IMG/VR virus record: IMGVR_UViG_3300042567_001420
Origin: a virus
Taxonomy: Duplodnaviria; Caudoviricetes
Length of the DNA: 64,000 nucleotides
Reading direction: 5' to 3' (one strand)
The stretch's first letter is position 1; the number at the start of each line of letters is the position of its first letter. Positions 1 through 8,476 of the stretch are shown in pieces. The notes beneath the pieces are model-generated. The model searched no databases. It was not told the DNA's origin and worked only from the letters and a program-made list of their open reading frames with translations. A program made the translations under genes and the position numbers.

Positions 1-2
1 AA

Positions 3-1544
3 CAACAACATATTTCAACGTTGTTACCTTCTGCTACGGGACTTCAAGTCAATGGATATAACTTTGGATTCACAGCAAAGAATGGTAATGGTTGGGATGA
101 TGGCCGTGTAGACCAACTGACAGCACTTGTTCGCTTTTGGGATAACACAGGCGGCAGAGGTGCTAACAATTTATTATACGGAGATGTTTACGATTTAACT
201 CGTAAATATAATTGGACTACATTTGATTACTCCAAAACATTTACGACACCTCTTGCAGTACCTTCTATCGGACAAGTACAATACGGATTTATTGGTAGAG
301 ACAATAATTTTTGGGCAGGCCCATATGGCCCAGAATTATACAATGTAAATTTCAGCTTAAAATATTCTGTAGACCCATGTGCAAGTAATCCATTATACAG
401 CCCAACTTGTTCTGGATATTTAGATGCATTAGCAAAATTAATACCCAAGACTGCAGCATCTCCTTTAGAAACAGCATCACCTCCCCCTCCTTTTGAAACA
501 GTTGCAATTGCACCAGGTGCTCCTCCCCCTCCTGGATCACCTCCGCCACCAGGCGCACCGCCGGTTCAAGAATCACCGCAACAACCTCAACCGGGACAAA
601 ATCCACCCGGGCCAGCAGCGGCTGGACCAGCACCACAGCAAGCTGCGTCACAACCTGCTGCCAACAATCAACAACCAAGAGCAGGAGAAGTAGCAGATTC
701 TGGAGGTGGAAAAAGTTCATCACCTGTTTCTCTATCATCAGTTCTTAGTATGATTAGTTCTAATCAAGATAAAACAGCATCATTAGAAAAATCAGTAGTA
801 CAATCTGCAGATGCTCAGGCATTTTCTGCAGGGGAGACTGCAAAACAACAAGCAGAGAAAGTTGCAGGAGATGCGCAATCGCAAAGTCTCGGTGGCGGTG
901 CAGGATCATCTACCGGCGGCCAAACGGCAGGAACACAATCTTCATTTACACAAACACAAAGTTCGATGGCGGCTTTGCAAGGAAATCAGCAATCAAGCAA
1001 TGCATCCAATTCTGCAAGAATACAACAATCTATTAATACCAGTGTTAGTTCACAATCAAGCGAAGTAAATTTTGCCGGAGCAACTACTCAACAGAATAGT
1101 TATCAAAATACTACAAGGCAAGAAGTTAATGTAGCAATGGCTGCACCTATTACCTCATATAGTTTAGCTGCACCTACAAGATCTTCTGCTCAGCCTCAAA
1201 TTGAAATACCTATGCTCGAAGGAATAAAATTTGGACATAGAGGTGCGGTTGATAATGCAATGGAAGCAAAACCATTTATTCCTCAGTTGAATGATAACTC
1301 TCAACAAAGTGATAGTGTAAAAAAGAATATAGACAACAATGAATTAGCCGGTAATATAACAATAGAATCAATTGCAAAACAGCCTGCAAATTATTCACAA
1401 TATTTCTTTATGCTACAAGATGTTGCATTTTACGCACCAAAAGAAATTTACAAGAATCAAAAGACAGTAGATAATGTTAGAGCATTAAGACAAATGAGTT
1501 CAGATAAACTACATCAAGACTTAGTTAACTTACAATACAAATAA
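3..1544 (+). CDS. Large hypothetical protein, 5'-truncated; globular N-terminal part followed by Pro-rich and Gln/Ser/Ala-rich low-complexity linker (possibly structural or surface)
   Basis: Frame is open from position 3 (CAA CAA CAT ATT TCA ACG TTG), so the true start lies before the window. Contains DPCASNPLYSPTC and PPPP/QQ tracts. Confidence 0.7.
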   Translation, partial: QQHISTLLPSATGLQVNGYNFGFTAKNGNGWDDGRVDQLTALVRFWDNTGGRGANNLLYGDVYDLTRKYNWTTFDYSKTFTTPLAVPSIGQVQYGFIGRDNNFWAGPYGPELYNVNFSLKYSVDPCASNPLYSPTCSGYLDALAKLIPKTAASPLETASPPPPFETVAIAPGAPPPPGSPPPPGAPPVQESPQQPQPGQNPPGPAAAGPAPQQAASQPAANNQQPRAGEVADSGGGKSSSPVSLSSVLSMISSNQDKTASLEKSVVQSADAQAFSAGETAKQQAEKVAGDAQSQSLGGGAGSSTGGQTAGTQSSFTQTQSSMAALQGNQQSSNASNSARIQQSINTSVSSQSSEVNFAGATTQQNSYQNTTRQEVNVAMAAPITSYSLAAPTRSSAQPQIEIPMLEGIKFGHRGAVDNAMEAKPFIPQLNDNSQQSDSVKKNIDNNELAGNITIESIAKQPANYSQYFFMLQDVAFYAPKEIYKNQKTVDNVRALRQMSSDKLHQDLVNLQYK

Positions 1545-1553
1545 GGAAGTAAA

Positions 1554-2141
1554 ATGGGAGAAGAAATTAAAAACGTCAACGCTAAGATTGACGACGCAGA
1601 AGCTGCCGTAAAGAAATATGCAAGTAAAGATACTGTTATTAGTATTGGTGGTTATGAATTTACTCCTGCAAAATTAATGGTCGCTGCTACTATTGTGTCA
1701 TCTGTGTTAGGTGGCTTATATGGGACATTTGAAGTATATAAAGATTACGTAGGTATGAAGAAAAAGATTGCATCATACGAAGCGCCAGACTTGTCGGGAT
1801 TTGATAAGCGTCTGGCGGTTATAGAAGAAAATAGTCAAAAGGGTGCAGATTATACCCGTGATATTAAAGTTGATTTGAAAAACGATATTCGCCGTAATGA
1901 AACAGTAACCGAACAAGTGGAACGTAGTGTTAAAAATGCGCAACGTGAAACAGAATCAGAAATGCGTGATATGCGTAAAGCAGTTCGTGAGGATTTAGAA
2001 AAAGCTCGTAATGAAGCCAATGTTATTCGTAGAGAAATGGCTGAAGCACGTAGAGAGATCGAACGTGAGGTTATCCAGTTGAAGAAAGAAGTTGATAGCA
2101 AAATTCAAAAAGCTATTGACAATCCATTAGCGAATAAATAA
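1554..2141 (+). CDS. Hypothetical membrane-anchored coiled-coil protein
   Basis: One hydrophobic segment (LMVAATIVSSVLGGLYGTF), then a long E/K/R-rich heptad region; AAGGAAG RBS. Confidence 0.75.
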   Translation: MGEEIKNVNAKIDDAEAAVKKYASKDTVISIGGYEFTPAKLMVAATIVSSVLGGLYGTFEVYKDYVGMKKKIASYEAPDLSGFDKRLAVIEENSQKGADYTRDIKVDLKNDIRRNETVTEQVERSVKNAQRETESEMRDMRKAVREDLEKARNEANVIRREMAEARREIEREVIQLKKEVDSKIQKAIDNPLANK

Positions 2142-2287
2142 TGTTTGCTACAGTTCTGGCCTTTGCCTTGCAGGTACAACTACCTGCTTGTAAAAAATGG
2201 ACCTGGATTGGCGATGTCTATAATAGAAAAGTGATTTGTTTGGAGTGGAGAAAAGAAGAAAAACCCAAAGAAGGTAAAAAGAAATGA
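2141..2287 (+). CDS. Small 48-aa secreted or lipoprotein-like peptide (absent from ORF track)
   Basis: My translation: MFATVLAFALQVQLPACKKWTWIGDVYNRKVICLEWRKEEKPKEGKKK. TAATG overlap upstream and ATGA overlap downstream. Confidence 0.65.
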   Translation: MFATVLAFALQVQLPACKKWTWIGDVYNRKVICLEWRKEEKPKEGKKK

Positions 2288-2781
2288 TAGATCCAATGAC
2301 AGCACTCGCAGGCATACAGTCTGCAATAAGCATGGTTAAAAAAGCTAGTAAAGTAGCTAATGATCTAGGCTCTCTTGCTCCCATGATTGGGAAAATGTTT
2401 GACGCTAAGAGTACTGCTACTAAAGCATTGATGGAAGCCAAAAAGTCTAAGAAAGGTTCTAATATGGGAACCGCACTTCAGATTGAAATGGCATTAGAAC
2501 AAGCCAGAGCATTTGAAGAAGAATTAAAGATGTTGTTTATGCAGACAGGCAAGATTGACGTATGGAATAAGATCAAAGCTCGCCAAGCAGAAATGGACGC
2601 GGACGATGCTAATGATATAAGAATGTTCAACGATCAAGAACGCAAGCGTAAACAAAAAGAAGAAGAATTAAACGAATGGGCAATGATACTTGGTGGAGCT
2701 GCTTTTGTCTTGTTCATATTGTTTATTGGTGGCTATGAACTAATGCAGTTTTGTCAAACAGGTAATAGGTGCGGAAGATGA
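2284..2781 (+). CDS. Hypothetical protein with C-terminal TM helix
   Basis: 165-aa ORF in a coupled operon; TM segment WAMILGGAAFVLFILFIGGY. Confidence 0.75.
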   Translation: MIDPMTALAGIQSAISMVKKASKVANDLGSLAPMIGKMFDAKSTATKALMEAKKSKKGSNMGTALQIEMALEQARAFEEELKMLFMQTGKIDVWNKIKARQAEMDADDANDIRMFNDQERKRKQKEEELNEWAMILGGAAFVLFILFIGGYELMQFCQTGNRCGR

Positions 2782-2927
2782 ACGAATACCAAAAAACATT
2801 TGATATGTGTTTAAAAATATTTGTATATGGTAGCGTGGCGTTATATTTTTTAGGGTTTCTTAAATTTCTTCCAGATGACTTATCAGATAGATTAGTTAAC
2901 GGGTTAATAGGTAGATTTTTACCTTAA
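2778..2927 (+). CDS. Small 49-aa membrane protein (absent from ORF track)
   Basis: MNEYQKTFDMCLKIFVYGSVALYFLGFLKFLPDDLSDRLVNGLIGRFLP; ATGA overlap with the upstream gene. Confidence 0.65.
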   Translation: MNEYQKTFDMCLKIFVYGSVALYFLGFLKFLPDDLSDRLVNGLIGRFLP

Positions 2928-2946
2928 TATTTAAAAGGAGACAATT

Positions 2947-3063
2947 ATGTTAGATATTTTACTTTGGGTAGCAGTAGGGGCATTTATCGGCTGGAATTTT
3001 CCACAACCATTCTGGGCTAAGATGATGCAAGAAAAAATTCAAGCAATGATTGCTAAGAAATAA
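2947..3063 (+). CDS. Small 38-aa membrane protein (absent from ORF track)
   Basis: MLDILLWVAVGAFIGWNFPQPFWAKMMQEKIQAMIAKK; strong AAGGAG RBS. Confidence 0.7.
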   Translation: MLDILLWVAVGAFIGWNFPQPFWAKMMQEKIQAMIAKK

Positions 3064-3072
3064 GGAAGCAGT

Positions 3073-3621
3073 ATGTCAGAAGAAAAGAAACCATTATCAC
3101 GTTCTGAGCGTGAAGCGCAAATTAAAGATAAAGCAGGTTGGTTAATTACTGTACTTGCTGCTCTTTTAGCTATTAATACTTACATTGCGTCAGGCAATAG
3201 TTCTAAGGTATTAAACAATACTATTAAAGCAAATGATACTTGGGCATTCTATCAGGCAAAATCTATTAAACAGACATTAGCTGAAATGGCTAGAGACGAT
3301 GCGGTTGAAAGAAAACAATTTGAAAAGGCAGATAAATTAACTGCAAAAATTAATAGATACGAGAGCGAGCCTGCAACGGGTGAGGGTAAGAAAGAGTTAT
3401 TTGCTAAAGCCCGAGCATTAGAAGCAGAGCGCGATCAAGTACGTAAATCAGGGCCCTGGATGACATTTGCTGGCTCAGGGTTCCAGATTTCTATTGTTCT
3501 ACTATCAGCTAGTATCTTAGCTGTTGCACCTGCCTTGTATTTGGCAAGTATTGCTGTTGGCGCATTATCCGCGTTGTTAATGAGCCAAGGAATATGGCTC
3601 TGGTTGCCGATTGTACTATAA
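3073..3621 (+). CDS. DUF4337-like membrane protein
   Basis: Three TM segments and the W-x-FYQAKSIK motif recalled for DUF4337. Confidence 0.65.
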   Translation: MSEEKKPLSRSEREAQIKDKAGWLITVLAALLAINTYIASGNSSKVLNNTIKANDTWAFYQAKSIKQTLAEMARDDAVERKQFEKADKLTAKINRYESEPATGEGKKELFAKARALEAERDQVRKSGPWMTFAGSGFQISIVLLSASILAVAPALYLASIAVGALSALLMSQGIWLWLPIVL

Positions 3622-4028
3622 TGGCCTATTCACAACAAGTAATTGATCATTATGAAAATCCCAGGAATGTGGGATCTTTTGACAAGACTGATACTGATAT
3701 TGGTACCGGTATGGTCGGTGCGCCAGCTTGCGGCGACGTAATGAAACTACAAATAAAGGTTGACCATGATACAGGTATTATTACAGATGCGAAATTTAAA
3801 ACGTATGGCTGCGGATCGGCTATTGCGAGTTCGAGTCTCATTACAGAATGGGTCAAAGGAAAAACCCTTGACCAAGCAGGATCAATTAAAAATTCCGACA
3901 TTGCCGAAGAACTAGCACTGCCGCCGGTAAAGATACATTGTTCGATCCTAGCAGAAGATGCAATTAAAGCCGCAGTAGCCGACTACAAAAGAAAAGAATG
4001 GTTAGCAAATCATGATCTCATTAACTGA
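3621..4028 (+). CDS. iscU: Fe-S cluster scaffold protein IscU
   Basis: MAYSQQVIDHYENPRNVGS, APACGDVM, YGCGSAIAS, LPPVKIHCS. Start at 3621 by TAATG overlap. Confidence 0.97.
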   Translation: MAYSQQVIDHYENPRNVGSFDKTDTDIGTGMVGAPACGDVMKLQIKVDHDTGIITDAKFKTYGCGSAIASSSLITEWVKGKTLDQAGSIKNSDIAEELALPPVKIHCSILAEDAIKAAVADYKRKEWLANHDLIN

Positions 4029-4338
4029 AAAGGCATATGAGAAAGTTAAAACCCTACTTCAGAAACGAGGCAAAGGAGTCGGTATTCGATTGGGTGTAAA
4101 GACTACTGGTTGTAGTGGTTTAGCGTATACCATGGAATATGTTGACAACTATGTTACTGACGTTAGCACAACAAACTACGCTCAAAAAGATTTTGTAGTA
4201 TTAGTAGATACTAAAAGTTTAGCTTACTTAAACGGAGTAGTAATGGATTGGGTTCGTAATGGACTTAATGAAGGATTTGATTTTAAAAACCCCAACGAAC
4301 GTGACCGATGCGGATGCGGAGAAAGTTTCAGAGTATGA
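4012..4338 (+). CDS. iscA: A-type Fe-S carrier IscA
   Basis: [16 protein letters not shown] and C-terminal CGCGESF. Confidence 0.93.
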   Translation: MISLTEKAYEKVKTLLQKRGKGVGIRLGVKTTGCSGLAYTMEYVDNYVTDVSTTNYAQKDFVVLVDTKSLAYLNGVVMDWVRNGLNEGFDFKNPNERDRCGCGESFRV

Positions 4339-4658
4339 TAACAATAACAGAATCAGCAAAAACAAAAATTCTAGATCTTTTCGCAGAAGAAGGTAATCCT
4401 GACTTATGTTTAAGAACATTTGTGCAGGGTGGAGGATGTAGCGGAATGAGTTATGGATTCACATTCGATGAGATAATGAACGAAGACGATTTCGAAATGC
4501 CGCTTGAAAAAACTAAAATATTAATTGATGCCATGAGCATGCAATATCTAACAGGCGCAACTGTGGATTACAAAGAAGATATACAAGGTTCACAGTTTGT
4601 TATAACTAATCCAAATGCTCAATCCACTTGCGGTTGCGGTAGTTCGTTTAGTGTATGA
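4335..4658 (+). CDS. erpA: A-type Fe-S carrier/insertion protein ErpA
   Basis: [17 protein letters not shown] and CGCGSSFSV; start at 4335 by ATGA overlap. Confidence 0.88.
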   Translation: MITITESAKTKILDLFAEEGNPDLCLRTFVQGGGCSGMSYGFTFDEIMNEDDFEMPLEKTKILIDAMSMQYLTGATVDYKEDIQGSQFVITNPNAQSTCGCGSSFSV

Positions 4659-5413
4659 AATATCGTGCGATATTTATAAGTGATGTTCACTTAGGTACTC
4701 GTGATTGTCAAGCAAACAAGTTAAATAATTTTCTCAAACATAATACCGGCGACACCCTCTATTTGGTCGGAGATATTATTGATGCATGGCGTATACAACA
4801 GAACAACTGGCGGTGGAAACAAAGCCATACCAACGTTGTGCGCAGAGTATTAGGTCACGCTAAACGCGGTACGCGGGTTGTTTATGTTGCAGGAAATCAC
4901 GATGAGTTCTTAAGACCAATGATACCGTATGGTTTTAGTTTTGGTCTAGTAGAAATTCATAATCAAATAGAACACATAGGTGCTGATGGTAAGCACTATT
5001 TAGTAACACACGGTGACTTGTTTGATGGTATAACAAGGCTAGCACCGTGGATATCATTTTTAGGAGATAAAGCATATGACTTCATTTTGTCACTCAATAG
5101 CAAGTTCAATTGGATACGTCATCGTATGGGTTTTGGGTACTTTAGCCTTAGCAAGTTCCTTAAACACAAAGTAAAAAAAGCAGTAGACTTTATATTTCAG
5201 TTTGAAAAGAATCTAGCTGCCTATTGTAAGAAGCGTGGGTATGATGGAGTTATATGTGGCCACATACACCATGCTGAGATCAAAGAGATAGATGGAATTA
5301 TCTATATGAATGATGGTGACTGGGTTGAATCATGTACGGCACTTGTAGAGCATCATGATGGTCGATGGGAAATAGTTACCTGGACTAAGGAAAAAGATGA
5401 TGAACCTCAGTAA
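4655..5413 (+). CDS. Metallophosphoesterase of the PlcP/LpxH2 (UDP-2,3-diacylglucosamine hydrolase-like) group
   Basis: ISDVHLG, LVGDIID, GNHDE, HGD and CGHIH calcineurin-like motifs. GNHD rather than the GNRD of canonical LpxH. Confidence 0.85.
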   Translation: MKYRAIFISDVHLGTRDCQANKLNNFLKHNTGDTLYLVGDIIDAWRIQQNNWRWKQSHTNVVRRVLGHAKRGTRVVYVAGNHDEFLRPMIPYGFSFGLVEIHNQIEHIGADGKHYLVTHGDLFDGITRLAPWISFLGDKAYDFILSLNSKFNWIRHRMGFGYFSLSKFLKHKVKKAVDFIFQFEKNLAAYCKKRGYDGVICGHIHHAEIKEIDGIIYMNDGDWVESCTALVEHHDGRWEIVTWTKEKDDEPQ

Positions 5414-6110
5414 TAAAATTACGATTGTTGTGCCTTGTAAGAATGAAGAAAACTATATTCATCATTTGTTAGATGCTTTGCGCCAACAAGACATTGGCGA
5501 TACAAGAATCATTATTGCCGATTGCTCTACTGACAATACTAGACAAGTTATACAGGATAATAGCTCTTCATTAAATGTTGAAATTATTGAAGGTGGGCCA
5601 GTTTCATTTGCCAAGAATAACGGAGCAAGATTAGTTACTACTCCCTACATTTTATTCATTGATGCAGATGTTCGGTTCTTTAAAAACACAGTAATCAAAG
5701 ATGCCGTTAACGAAATTGTGTCCAATGACTTAGATCTAATTGGGTTAAACATTAAATGTTATGACAAAGACTTACGTGCAATAATTGGATTTACAATTTT
5801 TAATATTATAAATCACATATTAAAATTCTTTTCCCCATTTGCAATCGGGGCATTTATGTTGACTCGCAGAGATAGATTTGAAGAATATGGCGGGTTCCCT
5901 GAAAAGACAGTAACATCTGAAGATTACTTTCTATCAAGAATGTATAACCCAAAGAAGTTTAAAATTGCAAATCACTACTTTGGCCAAGATTCTCGCAGGT
6001 TTAAAAAGATGGGATACTTCGGTATGGGATGGTATCTAATTAAGAATTTTATAAACCGAAACAACAAGGCATATTGGGATCGCCTAGATTCTTCCAAATA
6101 TTGGAATTAA
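5397..6110 (+). CDS. Glycosyltransferase family 2
   Basis: IVVPCKNEE, DCSTD, FIDAD (DxD), SED. Confidence 0.9.
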   Translation: MMNLSNKITIVVPCKNEENYIHHLLDALRQQDIGDTRIIIADCSTDNTRQVIQDNSSSLNVEIIEGGPVSFAKNNGARLVTTPYILFIDADVRFFKNTVIKDAVNEIVSNDLDLIGLNIKCYDKDLRAIIGFTIFNIINHILKFFSPFAIGAFMLTRRDRFEEYGGFPEKTVTSEDYFLSRMYNPKKFKIANHYFGQDSRRFKKMGYFGMGWYLIKNFINRNNKAYWDRLDSSKYWN

Positions 6111-6112
6111 TA

Positions 6113-6295
6113 ATGTCTCATATAAAAAAATTTATTGCTCTTTTTCCCACCCCATTGTTTATGATTATGGGGTTTGTTAATTTGTTTTACTTCAATCTAC
6201 CCATGTGTGGTGGCCAATCATTTGAAATGGCGTTAATGTGGTTTGCCATGTCAATTGCACATTCTAAACCATGGATTAATTTTATAGACAATTAA
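6113..6295 (+). CDS. Small membrane protein
   Basis: Two hydrophobic segments; ATG 2 nt after the GT2 stop. Confidence 0.6.
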   Translation: MSHIKKFIALFPTPLFMIMGFVNLFYFNLPMCGGQSFEMALMWFAMSIAHSKPWINFIDN

Positions 6296-6373
6296 GGTGC
6301 TTTAGGTATTGTCCTTGGTCTAGGAATATCCCCAGATACAATCTGAATACCTGTACCAAATATTGGAATTGAA

Positions 6374-7102
6374 TTAGTAAATTTTATCTAATTGATATTC
6401 CTGAAGTGCGATAAATTCGGCTTCAGGAATTCTTGTCTTACCGTTTTTACTTCCAAGAACAACAACGATACGTCTGCCGATATCGGTATCAAGCATCATA
6501 ACGATGCAACCACCGGCAGCATTTGTTGTTCCAGTTTTACTCACAATAAAATTATGTCTCTTTCCAATAATAGGGTTTGTATTATTAAAAAAGAGCCACT
6601 TCTTTTTGATCTGAATTTTTACTTGCGGAGTTTTACTTGCTTCAACGATTTCAGGATAGTAGCTTGCAGCCAAAGTTAATTCCAACAAATCTTTAGCAGT
6701 ACTAATATTCATTGGGCTTAATCCCGATGCCTCAACAAATTTGGTGTTGTGCATATTAAGTGCAACAGCTTTTTCATTCATATCTCGAATACATTTAGAT
6801 TTGCCGCCGGGATATTTGTCACATAATAAAATAGCAGATTCATTACTTGACTTAACAAGAGCCAACTGTATATGTTGTTCCCTTGTAAACTTTCCAATTT
6901 TTTCTTTTGGATTTTGCCCAGCATCTATTACAACCATTGCAGCCATAAGTTTTGTGATACTGGCAATTGAACGAGATTCATTAATATTCTCGCCTTCAAT
7001 AATTTTACCGTTACTATTAGAAACAAGCCATGATTGAGCAGTCAAGTTCATGGAAAAGGCATTACCCGTTAAAAGTAATGCCAATAATAATATATACTTC
7101 AT
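6374..7102 (-). CDS. Serine D-Ala-D-Ala carboxy/endopeptidase (peptidase S11, PBP5/PBP7-like), secreted
   Basis: Signal peptide; intact SxxK (SITK), SxN (SSN) and KTG motifs. Confidence 0.9.
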   Translation of the reverse strand: MKYILLLALLLTGNAFSMNLTAQSWLVSNSNGKIIEGENINESRSIASITKLMAAMVVIDAGQNPKEKIGKFTREQHIQLALVKSSNESAILLCDKYPGGKSKCIRDMNEKAVALNMHNTKFVEASGLSPMNISTAKDLLELTLAASYYPEIVEASKTPQVKIQIKKKWLFFNNTNPIIGKRHNFIVSKTGTTNAAGGCIVMMLDTDIGRRIVVVLGSKNGKTRIPEAEFIALQEYQLDKIY

Positions 7103-7401
7103 ATGTAATCTTTACTTGATACTCGCCCCAGTATCTTATAATTTTTTCCGGAACCTAACAGACATGCCTTTTCAGTATTATACTCGACCAATGACCATGT
7201 TTTTGTAGAGGAGTTAACGGTTAATACAATCTTGGTAGTAAATGAATCTTGATCAAATACCATAAGTATTGTCTCGCGGTATTCTTCAAATATTGCGTCA
7301 AACATTTCTTTTGTATCTAAACAAATTACGGGTTTGTTTCTTTCTTCACTACACGCAATTGTGGATATAGTTAATAGCAGTGATAATATAATTTTTTTCA
7401 T
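7099..7401 (-). CDS. Hypothetical secreted protein
   Basis: 100-aa ORF with signal-like N-terminus; overlaps the downstream start. Confidence 0.65.
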   Translation of the reverse strand: MKKIILSLLLTISTIACSEERNKPVICLDTKEMFDAIFEEYRETILMVFDQDSFTTKIVLTVNSSTKTWSLVEYNTEKACLLGSGKNYKILGRVSSKDYI

Positions 7402-7403
7402 AA

Positions 7404-7477
7404 TGGATGCGGACCCCAGAGTTGAACTAGGAACTAAGGATTATGAGTCCTTTGTGATACCATTTCACCAATCCGCG
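7404..7477 (-). tRNA. tRNA with CAT anticodon (Met, fMet or Ile2), CCA encoded
   Basis: Cloverleaf: CGCGGAT/GTCCGCA acceptor, GTGA/TCAC D-stem, AAGGA-CTCATAA-TCCTT anticodon arm, CCTAG-TTCAACT-CTGGG T-arm, then T-CCA. Confidence 0.92.
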
Positions 7478-7484
7478 GTATAAT

Positions 7485-7664
7485 TTATTTATAATCTTTT
7501 TCTGTTAACTTCTCAGAATCTTCATAGTATTCATTTTTCATAATCGCATCATCAAATTTTTCTTCATCTGTTTTTTTATAATTACGAAAAATAGCATCGT
7601 AATTATTATCAAATGTAGCAATTGGAACACTATATGGTCTAGGTTTACTACCCTTACCGCTCAT
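7485..7664 (-). CDS. Small 59-aa hypothetical protein (absent from ORF track)
   Basis: MSGKGSKPRPYSVPIATFDNNYDAIFRNYKK...; abuts the upstream stop. Confidence 0.65.
   Translation of the reverse strand: MSGKGSKPRPYSVPIATFDNNYDAIFRNYKKTDEEKFDDAIMKNEYYEDSEKLTEKDYK
7486..7493 (-). promoter_or_regulatory. T4-type late promoter upstream of the tRNA
   Basis: Exact TATAAATA, 8 nt before the tRNA 5' end. Confidence 0.75.
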
Positions 7665-7781
7665 TTATTTGCCCTGGCCTCTATATGCTTTGTAGGTTCT
7701 CTTTTGAGTCTTATTCATACTTGAGGTTTTTGCTCTGCCGCCTTGCTTGGTGCGCTTTTTAAAGTTGTGTACTGTTTTCAT
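7665..7781 (-). CDS. Small 38-aa very basic protein (absent from ORF track)
   Basis: MKTVHNFKKRTKQGGRAKTSSMNKTQKRTYKAYRGQGK. Confidence 0.65.
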   Translation of the reverse strand: MKTVHNFKKRTKQGGRAKTSSMNKTQKRTYKAYRGQGK

Positions 7782-7783
7782 TT

Positions 7784-8101
7784 TTATGCCTTAGTATTAA
7801 GTTCTTGCTCAATTTTAGTCAATGACACATTTAGAGATGTTAATGCACGATTGTAGTCTGCAATCATACTATCGGGTAATTCTGCAATCCATATAACTTT
7901 TGAAGCATCGACTTCAATTGTATGGTTAACAACATATGGGGCATATGGAAACAATGCCAATGTCATTTCTTTCTCAAACCCAGGTTCACGATTGGGAGTC
8001 ATTGTTAAAATGAATGGTTGCACAAGTTTAATACTTGCTGTTTCCATTGTCATATCGGCAACTAATTCTTCGCCAGTTTGTAGCTTTAAAATTTTAATCA
8101 T
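7784..8101 (-). CDS. Hypothetical protein, probable Sm-like fold
   Basis: N-terminus IKILKLQTGEELVA, resembling the ORF at 44960-45400; GGAG RBS. Confidence 0.65.
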   Translation of the reverse strand: MIKILKLQTGEELVADMTMETASIKLVQPFILTMTPNREPGFEKEMTLALFPYAPYVVNHTIEVDASKVIWIAELPDSMIADYNRALTSLNVSLTKIEQELNTKA

Positions 8102-8126
8102 TCAATTCTCCGTTATAATAAGTCTT

Positions 8127-8135
8127 ATTATAACA
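8127..8135 (-). promoter_or_regulatory. Extended -10 sigma70-type promoter
   Basis: TGTTATAAT about 25 nt upstream of the 8101 start; no good -35. Confidence 0.5.
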
Positions 8136-8177
8136 TCTTTCATATAGAAAACATATTATAATAAAGAGTTTTGGACA

Positions 8178-8197
8178 ACTAGGGCCGAAGCCCTAGT
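8178..8197 (-). terminator. Intrinsic terminator of the hsp20 operon
   Basis: ACTAGGGC-TTCG-GCCCTAGT, a cUUCGg tetraloop hairpin just after the last stop. Confidence 0.8.
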
Positions 8198-8201
8198 GTT
8201 T

Positions 8202-8294
8202 TTATGAACCAATTGAAGGATGCTTGTTCCTACGTGTGGCCAATCGGTGTCGTACTTCATGTACGATTTTAATAAAAGCCTTAATGAATTTCAT
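8202..8294 (-). CDS. 30-aa basic peptide (absent from ORF track)
   Basis: MKFIKAFIKIVHEVRHRLATRRNKHPSIGS; ATGA overlap with the upstream ORF; ends just before the terminator. Confidence 0.5.
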   Translation of the reverse strand: MKFIKAFIKIVHEVRHRLATRRNKHPSIGS

Positions 8295-8476
8295 AATAAT
8301 CCTCTACGTGCTAATACCTGCATTCTATGTTCTAGATCTTTGTAATCTACAGAATCTTTCAAATACATATCAATTTCTTTTTGATATGAAGGAGTAAAGG
8401 CTTTTTCAACCCATGACCAAAAGTCTTTCATTGCAGGGAAATGAACTCCCTCAAATTCTTTTAGATCATTATTCAT
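8291..8476 (-). CDS. Small protein, DUF3563-like
   Basis: YLKDSVDYKDLEHRMQVL resembles the DUF3563 core as recalled. Confidence 0.55.
   Translation of the reverse strand: MNNDLKEFEGVHFPAMKDFWSWVEKAFTPSYQKEIDMYLKDSVDYKDLEHRMQVLARRGLL

Noticed and set aside
227-1068. Overlapping alternate-frame and antisense ORFs (227-448, 352-738, 493-693, 811-1068)
   Set aside because: Shadows of the low-complexity real gene; no RBS or motifs.
6292-6390. Stop-free minus-strand stretch (IKFTNSIPIFGTG...PKAP) after the S11 peptidase, and a 10-bp inverted repeat at 6397-6430
   Set aside because: No start codon or RBS and no slippery site seen; the peptidase is complete without it. The inverted repeat lies inside coding sequence.
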